From a virus (Duplodnaviria > Caudoviricetes): DNA of 41,892 nt. The position numbers were made by a program, and so were the translations under genes. Every line of letters starts with the position of its first letter. Within the stretch, counting starts at the first letter, position 1. The stretch lies in IMG/VR virus record IMGVR_UViG_3300040985_001119, positions 1 to 41,892 of that record; one strand, given 5' to 3'. The notes under the pieces are model-generated. The model had not been told where the DNA came from, made no database searches, and saw only the letters and a program-made list of their open reading frames with translations. Shown in pieces: positions 32,487 through 41,892 of the stretch.

Positions 32487-33116
32487 ATGTATCTTGAACA
32501 CGGGCAAGAGCACGCACATAAGTTGATAATCTCGCATGATCCGTACAAAACTGGTAAGACGTACTTTACAGATGTCTTGTTTCCTCAAGAGGTAAAGGGT
32601 ATAATCGATACATGGGGTATTGATGAGGGTGCTGCCGCCATGTTAAAAGGCTTTGTTATGGCTTTGAAGCCGGAAGTGATTCTTGAGACAGGAACACACC
32701 GAGGGAGAAGCACAAGGGCATTAGCCGAAGCAGTCCATGAGAATATGACGGGACATATCTGGACGGTGGATATGGACGACTATGGCCTCATGACGGAGGG
32801 AGCACTCAGGGAGCATGAAAAAACCTTGGTGACGCAGGTAGTGGGCAAGACGCCTGAAATACTCTCTGAGGACATCCTGGGTACTCTCAGGGGCATAGAG
32901 TTTGCTTTCTTGGACGGAGATCATACACCAGAAGGTATAGAAGCCGAGCTTGAATATGTAAGACAGAGGCAGGCTGATGAATGCCTTGTTCTGGTGGATA
33001 ATTCTCGGGACGAGGGATGGCCTGACGAGAAGAAGTTCTTTGAGAACTTCCCAAAGGAAAACGCTGTAAGTCTTCAGACGATGTGTGGAATGCATCTGAT
33101 TCGGATGGTAAAATGA
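32487..33116 (+). CDS. Class I SAM-dependent O-methyltransferase (Methyltransf_24-like)
   Basis: VILETGTHRGRST, WTVD, FAFLDGDHT, VLVDN. Confidence 0.85.
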   Translation: MYLEHGQEHAHKLIISHDPYKTGKTYFTDVLFPQEVKGIIDTWGIDEGAAAMLKGFVMALKPEVILETGTHRGRSTRALAEAVHENMTGHIWTVDMDDYGLMTEGALREHEKTLVTQVVGKTPEILSEDILGTLRGIEFAFLDGDHTPEGIEAELEYVRQRQADECLVLVDNSRDEGWPDEKKFFENFPKENAVSLQTMCGMHLIRMVK

Positions 33117-33757
33117 TCGAGGACTATACAACAACCCACACGGGATCAGAGACAGCCAATTTGAGGGCTATGTTGGGAAGGAAAGCTCACACTACCGGTA
33201 GGATATATCAGGTGGATGCCATGTTTCCAAATAGTCTTGAAGGATCTCTGGACATGGCGAGTGTAGATGAGGACTTTGCTACTCTCTTGCAGGGTTTTGT
33301 CATGGCCCTTAAACCTAGGGTCATTCTTGAAACTGGTACGCATAAGGGGAGGTCTACGAGGGCAATATGCGAGGGGCTGAAGGAGAACGGACAAGGGCAT
33401 ATCCATACGGTAGATATGGTGGATTATGGTGTGATGGCCTCCGGTGCTATTCGGGACGACGAGAAGGAGTATGTAACTCAGGTAGTGGGGAGAACTCCTG
33501 ATGTGTTCTCTGAAGAGCCTTTGAAGGATCTGATGGGCATTGACTTCGCTTTTATAGATGGCGACCATACTCGCCAGGGGTTGATAGAAGATTTACAATA
33601 TGTAGATGCTCATAGAGATAACGAGTGCTTAGTGCTCGTCGATAATGCCCGTGATAATGACTGGCCGGATGTGGAAGAGTTCTTCTCTGATTACAGGGAT
33701 TACCCGAACTTTCTTTTACTCACTTGTGTAGGAACGCAGATCATTCAAATGAGATAA
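33113..33757 (+). CDS. Class I SAM-dependent O-methyltransferase, tandem paralogue
   Basis: VILETGTHKGRST, HTVD, FAFIDGDHT, VLVDN. Confidence 0.85.
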   Translation: MIEDYTTTHTGSETANLRAMLGRKAHTTGRIYQVDAMFPNSLEGSLDMASVDEDFATLLQGFVMALKPRVILETGTHKGRSTRAICEGLKENGQGHIHTVDMVDYGVMASGAIRDDEKEYVTQVVGRTPDVFSEEPLKDLMGIDFAFIDGDHTRQGLIEDLQYVDAHRDNECLVLVDNARDNDWPDVEEFFSDYRDYPNFLLLTCVGTQIIQMR

Positions 33758-33759
33758 CT

Positions 33760-35076
33760 ATGACACTGAAACAAATCCGCGACATGGTAGGAGCAAGGAT
33801 AAGAGACACTTCCGCATCTACGAACTCCCGGATAGATGATGCGGCGAACGACGTAGTAGATGCCATGCTCCAGAGGATCGGCCTTCCTGTAATGCAGGGG
33901 TTTATTCGGACAGAGGAGGGCAGAAGCCTTTATTCTTTGCAGCCTGAGGTAGGCCAGATAAAAGATAATATGTTCGCTAAAGAGGACCAGCAGGTAGTTT
34001 ATCCCGTACAGAGTAATGAGTTCGATACAGCCATCGTAAAACCTACGGCTACTGGCGCACCTGCATTCTATCGGGAGCTGAATAGTCCTGTGGGGGTTAC
34101 GAGGCAACCGGAGAGCCTGTTAAGGCTTGTATCGGATGATGCGTCAGATACGCGGGATGTTGCGGTCTACGGAATATCTGGAGGCAGGCAGAAGAGCGAG
34201 ACTGTAACCCTTACGGGAACTACCGCAGTTTTAACGTCTAATAAGTATACAGAACTCACAGACCTTCCTACGACTACGGCTCATGCTACGGCGACGATCA
34301 CGGCCACGTCTAATTCTACGAGTGCTCAGACGAGTTATCCTACGGTGGCGAATGCGGGGAATCTTGTAGTCTTCACTATAGTGGCTACGGCGACAACTTC
34401 TGCGAATCTCAATAACCCAGGTGCTCATGTTCGTCTCTTTATGGGGCAGGATGTGGACTCGGGCAACCCTGCTGGAGATCAGGGGCAGAGCGTTGTAATC
34501 GAAGGATATGTGGTCCGAGAGGCTTTTGATTTTGAGAAAAGATTCCGACGTGAGGTATTAGCTACTGATGGAACAAATCCCCAGTCTACGGGGGCGGTCT
34601 CGGTACAGCTCTTCACCGAGATTACGAATATATCTAAATCGTGGACAAGCACTAATACCCTTCTGGTTCGTTCAGACCCCGAGGGTGTCTTTATTGCCCA
34701 GATTCCCCCAGAGCAGAGAAGCGTGGAATACCCGCAGGTGCAGCTATATCCAGAGCCTTCGGGAGGTAAGAGCGTCTGGTTCAACTACTATCCCAAGTGG
34801 GTGCGCTTGATAAACGACGGAGATGTTCCCTACTTCGACTCTCGCTTTGATAATACGTGGGTCAAGTGGACGGAGAGGGTATCACGGGCTTTCAAGAGGA
34901 ACGAGGGGTACGCGATCTCCATAGACCCTGAGTTTCAGTTAGACGTAGGTAATATTATCGATAACCAGGGGATGCGGGACAACCCGAAGATAGCAATGGG
35001 CAGTGGACTCAAAGAGCCACGGAGGAATTTGACCCTTGGGCGTCTCGATCCATCGAGATACAGCAACCGGAGATAG
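33760..35076 (+). CDS. Head-tail adaptor-like protein with large beta-rich insertion
   Basis: MTLKQIRDMV...IDDAAND N-terminus and VQLYPEP...YY...L.NDGDVP C-terminus typical of podovirus adaptors. Confidence 0.65.
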   Translation: MTLKQIRDMVGARIRDTSASTNSRIDDAANDVVDAMLQRIGLPVMQGFIRTEEGRSLYSLQPEVGQIKDNMFAKEDQQVVYPVQSNEFDTAIVKPTATGAPAFYRELNSPVGVTRQPESLLRLVSDDASDTRDVAVYGISGGRQKSETVTLTGTTAVLTSNKYTELTDLPTTTAHATATITATSNSTSAQTSYPTVANAGNLVVFTIVATATTSANLNNPGAHVRLFMGQDVDSGNPAGDQGQSVVIEGYVVREAFDFEKRFRREVLATDGTNPQSTGAVSVQLFTEITNISKSWTSTNTLLVRSDPEGVFIAQIPPEQRSVEYPQVQLYPEPSGGKSVWFNYYPKWVRLINDGDVPYFDSRFDNTWVKWTERVSRAFKRNEGYAISIDPEFQLDVGNIIDNQGMRDNPKIAMGSGLKEPRRNLTLGRLDPSRYSNRR

Positions 35077-35276
35077 TGATGCTAAAGGCTAAGTCCGAAT
35101 CAGAGCAGTGGAGGTTGGCGAAGACTATTGAATACATCGAGTTTGATGACACGTGGCTCAATAAGTTCCGGTTCATCCAGAAGGTTAAGTCAGGTAAGTA
35201 TCTGATCTCCAACAAATCACAAACCGGCGCGTACTTGAATGATGGTGTGCGTGACACGTTAGAGGAAGCCCTGTAA
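35076..35276 (+). CDS. Hypothetical protein
   Basis: GGAG RBS; coupled on both sides. Confidence 0.5.
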   Translation: MMLKAKSESEQWRLAKTIEYIEFDDTWLNKFRFIQKVKSGKYLISNKSQTGAYLNDGVRDTLEEAL

Positions 35277-36868
35277 TGGTTGTGAACAACAAAGATGGTT
35301 CTTTTGATCTGTCCTTGGACTTCCTCGGGTCATCTATAAATACTACTATCTCGCCAGACAAGCGAGTGCCTCCGGCCTTTACGGATTTAAAGAACAGTGA
35401 GTTGGCGCAGGTAGGGAGGTTTCAGAAGAGGTTTGGGATCTCCGATAGTTCTACTAATGCTTCTCCAGATATACCCGAGACAGCAGTAAACGCCGTTGTC
35501 CCCGGCCTCTTGAGTGACCTCGGGAATCTTGTTAATCAGGTTCTTGTTGCTGTAGGCGATGATGCTTTCTACTGGCAATTCCAGAAAGCGAGTGCCTGGG
35601 CCTCCATTGGAGCAGCGCAGACAGCGGCAGATACTTATCCTTACCGTGTAGCGTGGGGGTTTGATGAGGCATCTGACCCAGTGGTTTACTTTGCTAATAA
35701 TGAATCCAATACAGGCCCTGGTGTCTTTGCTATAGATGCTATCAATGGGACATTGACGAAGATCGGGTCAGACAGTGACGGAAGTAACCCGTGGGATGAT
35801 GGAGACGCCGTAGAATATTTCTTGGATAAGTTATGGGTGGGAAAGGTTGATGCTAATACTGATAGATTATACTGGTCTGTAACGGGAGACCATAACGACT
35901 TCTACTCGGATGGATCTGGATTTATAAACCTTCGTAACCCCGGTGGTGGATCAGGTACGGCGTCTCTCGGTATAACAGCTTTAAGGAGATACAGGAATAG
36001 ACTTTACATAGGCTCTGCATCTACCCTGAGTGTTATAACGGGTACAACGTCCAACACTTTTGGGAGTAGCTTCATAAGACCCCAGAATGCAGTGGCCGGG
36101 GCAACGATGTTTGTAGCTGGCGATTTCTTATTCTTTGCAGATCACGATGGTATCTGGCAGTTTAACGGCACGACAGCGGCGAATATCACCCGAAACACTA
36201 TGAAGGAGTCCTGGGAGGCCCTGAGTGTCCTTAATGACATCGACAAGGCTACAGCGACCTGGAACGACGATTACGGGATGTACAGTGTTTACTTTCCCGC
36301 CGTCCAGCAGCAATGGAATTATTATTACTTTACAGGCCAATGGAGCATCTATACCTATAGTTCTACGGACGCGATACGATGCATAAGTCCTCCTGTGACT
36401 TTCTTTAATGATGGACAGGCTCTGAATTATGCTTTAGGTGCAGCAACGAACGGGAAGGTCTTCAGGTATAACGAGGCTGTGAACCAGGATGATGGCAATG
36501 CGATCTCTTCGATCTTAGAGACAGGTTATATTTCTCTTGGGCAGATGGTGGGGCAGCCTCATTCCGAGGCTACAGTGACAGATGTGTGGGTAGATGCCGC
36601 AGAGCAGACAGCGGCTATCGCTCGGACCTTGGATGTGAATGTGGATGGCTCGGAGGCTACAGACGCTAATTCGGTCATTACAGAAGGCACGGGGTCTCCC
36701 GATATCTATCCTACGATGCATAGGTTTCCTCTTCCAGAGGCTACGGGAACTTCCGGGGTTGGCAACTTCTCGGGGCGATACCATAACTTTAAGATGACGG
36801 AAGCAACTACGAATGCCCGTGGTGACTTGCGGAGAATGGTAATAAGGTTCACCCTGGAGCCACAGTAA
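35276..36868 (+). CDS. Tail nozzle/hub protein (P22 gp10/T7 gp12-like beta-propeller)
   Basis: 530 aa after the adaptor; DRLYWS, LFFADHDGIWQFNG, YYFTGQWS, ILETG motifs. Confidence 0.7.
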   Translation: MVVNNKDGSFDLSLDFLGSSINTTISPDKRVPPAFTDLKNSELAQVGRFQKRFGISDSSTNASPDIPETAVNAVVPGLLSDLGNLVNQVLVAVGDDAFYWQFQKASAWASIGAAQTAADTYPYRVAWGFDEASDPVVYFANNESNTGPGVFAIDAINGTLTKIGSDSDGSNPWDDGDAVEYFLDKLWVGKVDANTDRLYWSVTGDHNDFYSDGSGFINLRNPGGGSGTASLGITALRRYRNRLYIGSASTLSVITGTTSNTFGSSFIRPQNAVAGATMFVAGDFLFFADHDGIWQFNGTTAANITRNTMKESWEALSVLNDIDKATATWNDDYGMYSVYFPAVQQQWNYYYFTGQWSIYTYSSTDAIRCISPPVTFFNDGQALNYALGAATNGKVFRYNEAVNQDDGNAISSILETGYISLGQMVGQPHSEATVTDVWVDAAEQTAAIARTLDVNVDGSEATDANSVITEGTGSPDIYPTMHRFPLPEATGTSGVGNFSGRYHNFKMTEATTNARGDLRRMVIRFTLEPQ

Positions 36869-37341
36869 TGCCTGATTTTCGTTTAGAAGAGATCAACCTC
36901 CTTGAACAAGACATCGGGCCGTTCCTCTTTGAGATTAACGAAAGACTGAGGATCTATAACGATCTTGTCAGGGATGTCGAGACTACCGGAAGAATGGTGT
37001 ATGTCGGGGACAATGGCTTTGCTGAATTATCCCCCGGCACGGACATAGCTACTTATATTGCCGTGACAAGTATCACAGGAGACTATACAGTAACAGATAC
37101 AGATGGGGTGAGCGTACTTCTCGTAGATGCTTCTTCGGCAGCAGTGACGATAACTCTGCCTACGGCCTCGGCGAATAACGGAAGGGTTCTTCATATCAAG
37201 AAGATCGATTCCAGTGGAAACACAGTGACTACAGATGGTGAGGGAGCGGAGACAATCGACAACGTGGCTACGAAGATTATTGTCGCTCAGTACAGCGACA
37301 TGAGGATAGTGTGCGACGGAAATGAGTGGTGGATACTATGA
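36868..37341 (+). CDS. Tail protein/short fibre
   Basis: VDASSAAVTITLP...IKKIDSSGNTVT...ETID...DGNEWWIL tail domain. Confidence 0.65.
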   Translation: MPDFRLEEINLLEQDIGPFLFEINERLRIYNDLVRDVETTGRMVYVGDNGFAELSPGTDIATYIAVTSITGDYTVTDTDGVSVLLVDASSAAVTITLPTASANNGRVLHIKKIDSSGNTVTTDGEGAETIDNVATKIIVAQYSDMRIVCDGNEWWIL

Positions 37342-38549
37342 GTTACTTTGAAGAGATTAAATACCCGAAGGCTCTTCTTGATGCTTTCGGGAGAATCAGG
37401 ACGTCAGCCCCACATACAATATTCGACTCAAAACAAGTGTTTGACGCCGCCCCCCTCTTCTGGGACGACGTGGAGGAGAGTGGCAGCGGTACATCTTCTA
37501 CATATTCGGTGAATGCCGCAAGTAGCACCCTTGCTGTTGGAACGACCACGGCGGGAAAGAGGACGCGCCAGACATTCAGACGCTTCAACTACCAACCAGG
37601 AAAAGGCCATCGGATTATGATGACCGGGAATATCGATAGGTCTGGTGGTGGGACAGGCATAACGAGGGGATTGGGTTATTACGACGATGACAACGGTCTC
37701 TTCTTCTTAGATGACGAAGGGACGATGAAGGTCGTTCAGAGGTCGAAGGCTACCGGAAGTGTTGTGGACGATGAAGTAGCACAGAGTTCATGGAACATAG
37801 ATACCATGGATGGCACAGGTCCTTCTGGTATCACTCTTGACTTCACGAAGGCTCAGATATTTGCGATAGAGTTTGAGTGGCTCGGTGTCGGATCAGTGTG
37901 GTATGGCTTTGTAGTGAATGGGACTCTTTATTATGTCCACAGGACGGACAATGCGAATACCAAAGTCACCGTTTTTATGTCTACTCCGAACCTTCCTCTG
38001 CGGTATCAGATCGAGAATGATGGCACGGGGGCTTCCTCGGGCTTTGAGACTATATGCTCCTCGGTGCAGAGTGAGGGCGGCTTGGAGGACACCGGGGCTA
38101 TTTTTTCCGTGAATACAGGTGCTACGCAGTGCAACGCCAACGCCGTTGGAACGACCTATGCGGTCCTTGGGCTTAGATTGAAGAGTGCCAATTTAGGAGC
38201 TACTGTGGAAGTGCAGTCTATGTCGATGATGGGAACTACGACGAATGACTATTTTATCTGGTCTCTCATCTTCAACCCCACAGTAGCTGGTACTTTCACC
38301 TACGGGGATTTAACGAATTCATCTCTTCAGACGGCGCAGGGGGATACTACCGAGACGGTCACTGGAGGGACTATCCTGAATTCAGGCACGGGGGCTAATC
38401 AAACTTCTGAGACAAATGTTCTTGTTAGTGAAATTGATTTAGGTGCTACGGTCTCAGGCACTGTTGATGAGGTGGTTTTGTGTGTTACGCCTGTCTCCGG
38501 AACGAACCAGAATATCCATGCCGCTATTACTTGGCGTGAGCTAACTTAG
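37338..38549 (+). CDS. Virion structural (tail-associated) protein
   Basis: DAFGRIRTS..TIFDS, RQT.RRFNYQPGK, EWLGVG, PNLPLRY motifs seen in a phage structural family. Confidence 0.65.
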   Translation: MSYFEEIKYPKALLDAFGRIRTSAPHTIFDSKQVFDAAPLFWDDVEESGSGTSSTYSVNAASSTLAVGTTTAGKRTRQTFRRFNYQPGKGHRIMMTGNIDRSGGGTGITRGLGYYDDDNGLFFLDDEGTMKVVQRSKATGSVVDDEVAQSSWNIDTMDGTGPSGITLDFTKAQIFAIEFEWLGVGSVWYGFVVNGTLYYVHRTDNANTKVTVFMSTPNLPLRYQIENDGTGASSGFETICSSVQSEGGLEDTGAIFSVNTGATQCNANAVGTTYAVLGLRLKSANLGATVEVQSMSMMGTTTNDYFIWSLIFNPTVAGTFTYGDLTNSSLQTAQGDTTETVTGGTILNSGTGANQTSETNVLVSEIDLGATVSGTVDEVVLCVTPVSGTNQNIHAAITWRELT

Positions 38550-38558
38550 GAGAATATA

Positions 38559-39959
38559 ATGGCAGATCCAGCAACCATAGCAGCAGGAATTAAGACGGGT
38601 GGAGACATCCTGACTGCCCTCTTTGGTGGTAGCGGAGGGGATCAGGAGACGGAGCGCAGGAAGGAACTCTTTGACCATGTGTTCAGGGGGCTGTTCGATC
38701 CCGGTGGGGAAGGACATGGTACTACATTTGGTGACCTCCTGAATCGTCCAGGCAACCTCTTGGGGCAGAACCTTCAGTCAAATCTCTTACGCGATAAAGA
38801 GATGCAGGACTTCCTCCGGAATACTCTGTCCAATATAGGAGACCCTCTCAGGTTTGAGTCTAACACGGCATTCAATCCGAATACCATCGGGGACTTCTCA
38901 GGGCCTCCTCCGGGTGATTTTACTGGTATAAAGGACTCTGGGCCTTTCAGCTCGTTCAGGAATCCAAATGCTTCTCCAGACTTCGTTCCTTCATCTGGAC
39001 CACTTCCCAATGTTCCTATCGAAGACCAGGTGGTCGATCCCTTGAATCAGGAAGAAATAGGTTCAGGTTCATTCGCGGCAACCGGTGGTGGCCCTGGTAG
39101 TGGTAATCTTGGGACGATAGATATAAACGACTTAAACTTCTCTGGCCCTCCTGACTTCACAGGGTTAGGTCAAAACGGCTCTGGTGGTTTTAATGGGACG
39201 ATAACTCCCGAGATGATCTTGGACCTTATTGCTAAGAACCCAAATGCTAATCAAGGTAGAGATGTTAGGGCCTTTGCTCAGGGTGGATTGGTGACAGAAC
39301 CTACGATAGGTCTTGTAGGGGAGAACGGTCCTGAGATGATAATGCCTGTTCAGGCTGGCGGTACTAATGCAGCCAACAACTTCGGGAACTTCGCACCTGT
39401 TGTCCCACCTCCAGTTTTGAGTGGGGCTGCACCGGGTGGCCCTGGTGCTCCGGTTATGCCTCCTGCAACTGCACCGAACGGAACTCCTATACGTGCTCCC
39501 GGTGATCCCAACCATGCAGCAACACCTATTTTGGATCAAGCAGCAACGAACCAGAACCAGGGACGGTTGGGTGAATTGAACATGAATATCCTTCAGCAGG
39601 CTATTGATGCCTTGATGAATGTTCCCGGCGCGGATGAGTTATTCGGATTGAAGTCTGGTAATGTGATAAGCGGTATCAACGAGAATGCCGGTGCTCGGGG
39701 GGCTTTCGGGGGATCTGCGAATCAGACAGATCTTGTTCGTGGTCTTGGGGATCTTGAACATCAGAGCCAACTGACACACCAATCGTTGCAGAACCAAGCC
39801 TTCGGCAATGCCCTTGCAGGCTCGGGACAGGCATTCAACCAAGGGATAACGACTGCTCAGTTCAACAACTTCCTCAAGACGCAGGATAGAGACCAACAGA
39901 TGGCTATTTTGAACTTGTTAATGGGTAACCCCCCTGACAGCACTAACGACTCGGTATAG
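38559..39959 (+). CDS. Putative ejection (internal virion) protein
   Basis: MADPATIAAG start, Gly/Pro/Asn/Gln-rich, ARGAFGGS motif. Confidence 0.6.
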   Translation: MADPATIAAGIKTGGDILTALFGGSGGDQETERRKELFDHVFRGLFDPGGEGHGTTFGDLLNRPGNLLGQNLQSNLLRDKEMQDFLRNTLSNIGDPLRFESNTAFNPNTIGDFSGPPPGDFTGIKDSGPFSSFRNPNASPDFVPSSGPLPNVPIEDQVVDPLNQEEIGSGSFAATGGGPGSGNLGTIDINDLNFSGPPDFTGLGQNGSGGFNGTITPEMILDLIAKNPNANQGRDVRAFAQGGLVTEPTIGLVGENGPEMIMPVQAGGTNAANNFGNFAPVVPPPVLSGAAPGGPGAPVMPPATAPNGTPIRAPGDPNHAATPILDQAATNQNQGRLGELNMNILQQAIDALMNVPGADELFGLKSGNVISGINENAGARGAFGGSANQTDLVRGLGDLEHQSQLTHQSLQNQAFGNALAGSGQAFNQGITTAQFNNFLKTQDRDQQMAILNLLMGNPPDSTNDSV

Positions 39960-39967
39960 GAGATATC

Positions 39968-41275
39968 ATGGCAGATAAAAGCGAGATATTGCGTAGACTC
40001 CTACTTGGGTTAGGTGCAGGAGCTTCTTCGGTAGGAGAGTTCCTCGGGCAACGCGCTATACGTGGAGAACAGCGTGAGCAGGCGTTGGAGGATGAAGCGC
40101 GCCGCATAGCGCAGGCAAGAGAGCTGGCAGCCCGTACCAATGCTATTGAGAGAGGTATTCAGCCAAACCCTACAGTGCCGTTTGGGGACTCTCGGGAGGC
40201 CATAAGTATTCCCGAGGTTGGAGACACTCCGAATGATCCTGCCCCTCCGCAGCTACTGAGGGAGCTTATGGGGAACGTCGCTCCTCAGATTCCCTCGGGA
40301 GATGATTCTGCTGTGTTGGAGGGATTGTCAAACATTCAGCCCGAAGGAACTGAAGGATTGGAGAACCTGGCGGCATTGTTTAACAGACAGGAAGATGCAC
40401 GCGGGGGGAGTGTGTTGGATCGTTTCAGGGAGTTCCAGATGAACCCGGATGCTCCGGGGTCTCTTGCCAATTCTCGTCTTCCGGCAACTGCCGGGGCAGT
40501 CACCGCCGCAAGGGAACAAGCTAAGTTGCCTCGTTCATTGGCAATGGCTGCCACTCGTTTTGGCGTTAATCCTATAGGTCAAGATGGTGCTATCCGTGAT
40601 GAGTTTGAGGTGGCAAATGAGATGGCTGTTCGTATTGGGGAAATTGAGCACCGGAAGAACTTTCAGTTTGACGAACGGTTAGATACACTAAGGTTGATGC
40701 ACGATGAAAGACTGGATTCAGCAGAGGCGAGAGCTGAGAGGGCCACTGAGATTCGGGTGCGGACATCTCCCATGCGCCGCGAAGCCTTGGAGAACCTTCA
40801 GTACGCTAAGAAGAAGCTGGAGGAGATTAAAACCCTCCGTGGGTTGGCTGCTAATGCGGAGACTACCTTTCTTGGGCCTGGGGAACAGTTGGGTGGTTTT
40901 CTCGGCACTCTTGAACTTACTAAGATGGCAGCACAGGTTTCCGATGACCCCCAAGTCCGTAGAGCACGGGATTTTATCTCTCGCGTAGAATTGTTCTCTG
41001 GAGAGATAAGGCATGACTTGTATGGAGCTGCATTAACGTCTACTGAATTGCCAAGGGCGTTGTCCTCCTTGCCGTCTCCTGAGAATTCTATGACTACCAT
41101 CCTGGATCAACTTACGGCTCAAGAAGAGTTCCTTACTAAGACGCAGACTTATTTTAGCAATCGATTGGATGAGATAGACTCTCTCCTTCCTGTTGTTGAC
41201 AGGGATAAGCCTGTAGTGAGTCCTGATCGTGAAGCGGCCATTAAACGACTCAGGAAAAATCTGGGAGGCAATTGA
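39968..41275 (+). CDS. Putative ejection (internal virion) protein
   Basis: LLLGLGAGA start, helical, YGAALTSTE motif; position in the late module. Confidence 0.6.
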   Translation: MADKSEILRRLLLGLGAGASSVGEFLGQRAIRGEQREQALEDEARRIAQARELAARTNAIERGIQPNPTVPFGDSREAISIPEVGDTPNDPAPPQLLRELMGNVAPQIPSGDDSAVLEGLSNIQPEGTEGLENLAALFNRQEDARGGSVLDRFREFQMNPDAPGSLANSRLPATAGAVTAAREQAKLPRSLAMAATRFGVNPIGQDGAIRDEFEVANEMAVRIGEIEHRKNFQFDERLDTLRLMHDERLDSAEARAERATEIRVRTSPMRREALENLQYAKKKLEEIKTLRGLAANAETTFLGPGEQLGGFLGTLELTKMAAQVSDDPQVRRARDFISRVELFSGEIRHDLYGAALTSTELPRALSSLPSPENSMTTILDQLTAQEEFLTKTQTYFSNRLDEIDSLLPVVDRDKPVVSPDREAAIKRLRKNLGGN

Positions 41276-41892
41276 TGCCACAACAAACTCAGGAATCTGG
41301 AGTATTGCCGGTTAAGAATACTTTTGAACAGCCAGATATCTCCTCTCGTACCAGAAGAGTGCTTACTGATAATAGGGTTTTAGAGAACCTTTCGGACGAG
41401 CAGATCTTCCAAATGAACGCCATGTTGGAAAGTGGAAGAGACCCTTTGCTAAATACGGCCATCATGGAGTCTCTGTCAGACGAGACTGTCTTTCTTATTG
41501 ATGAAGTGGCCGAGAGTATCTTTGAGAATCCTGAAGATAGGATAGCAGACCCCCTTGCGAACTTGAAGGCTATACAGGATGGTATCTTGAAGGAATCAGA
41601 GCTTCCTGTAACTGGCGAAGGCCCAGGAATGTTTGCGCGAGGTGCTGCTTCTTTCGGCGTTACTCCGGGAGAGAAGGTCAACATCTATAAGCAGTATGGT
41701 CTTAATGCAGAAGCTCTTCCTTCTGGAGAGATTGTTATTAAAAATGTGGACGGCACTATCTCAAGTGTGAATACTCCTAATTTAGAAATGGGTGACCTGA
41801 CTGACTTAACTGGGCCTTTCGTTGAGTCTGCGCCTGCTGTTGCCGGAGGCATTGTAGGTTCTGTAGGGGGTCCGGTGGGAGCGATTGAGGGG
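41275..41892 (+). CDS. N-terminal part of large ejection protein (runs off the window end)
   Basis: ATG 41275 (TGATG coupling, GGAGG RBS); 206 codons without a stop up to the last base. Confidence 0.75.
   Translation, partial: MPQQTQESGVLPVKNTFEQPDISSRTRRVLTDNRVLENLSDEQIFQMNAMLESGRDPLLNTAIMESLSDETVFLIDEVAESIFENPEDRIADPLANLKAIQDGILKESELPVTGEGPGMFARGAASFGVTPGEKVNIYKQYGLNAEALPSGEIVIKNVDGTISSVNTPNLEMGDLTDLTGPFVESAPAVAGGIVGSVGGPVGAIEG

Noticed and set aside
1-41892. Stop-codon reassignment, CRISPR array, reverse transcriptase/DGR, introns or inteins
   Set aside because: Core genes are intact in the standard code with all three stops used; no repeat-spacer array, RT motifs or interrupted TerL/MCP were seen

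Overview
This window looks like an essentially complete, circularly permuted ~41.9-kb tailed dsDNA phage genome with podovirus-like gene order. The last ORF (41275-41892) continues in frame into the first (2-1603) if one G at the junction is redundant. The late module is on the + strand: TerL, portal, scaffold, major capsid, decoration proteins, a glycosyltransferase plus two tandem SAM methyltransferases, adaptor, nozzle, tail proteins and three ejection-type proteins. It continues across the junction into a LamG protein, an orphan response-regulator receiver and a holin-like gene. A minus-strand block (3752-8792) carries an ERF recombinase, an M15A endolysin and many small ORFs. A + strand replication/modification block carries an HTH regulator, prim-pol, a frameshifted DNA methyltransferase, a wHTH initiator-like protein and an HNH-like nuclease. 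There is also a minus-strand early cassette (14699-17277), TerS, a RuvC-like resolvase, an HNH endonuclease, a Dam-like methyltransferase and tRNA-Leu(UAA). I recognised no integrase, replicative helicase or family A/B polymerase. The most unusual signal is a set of structured RNA leaders found by eye, mostly just downstream of TTGAC-type promoters and abutting Shine-Dalgarno (SD) sequences: two kissing-loop pairs, four H-type pseudoknots, a three-way junction and tRNA-like minihelices. There are also several recoding or non-canonical-start candidates and sense/antisense nested genes sharing a palindromic RBS. All calls come from motif recognition and manual base-pairing; no searches or folding programs were run.
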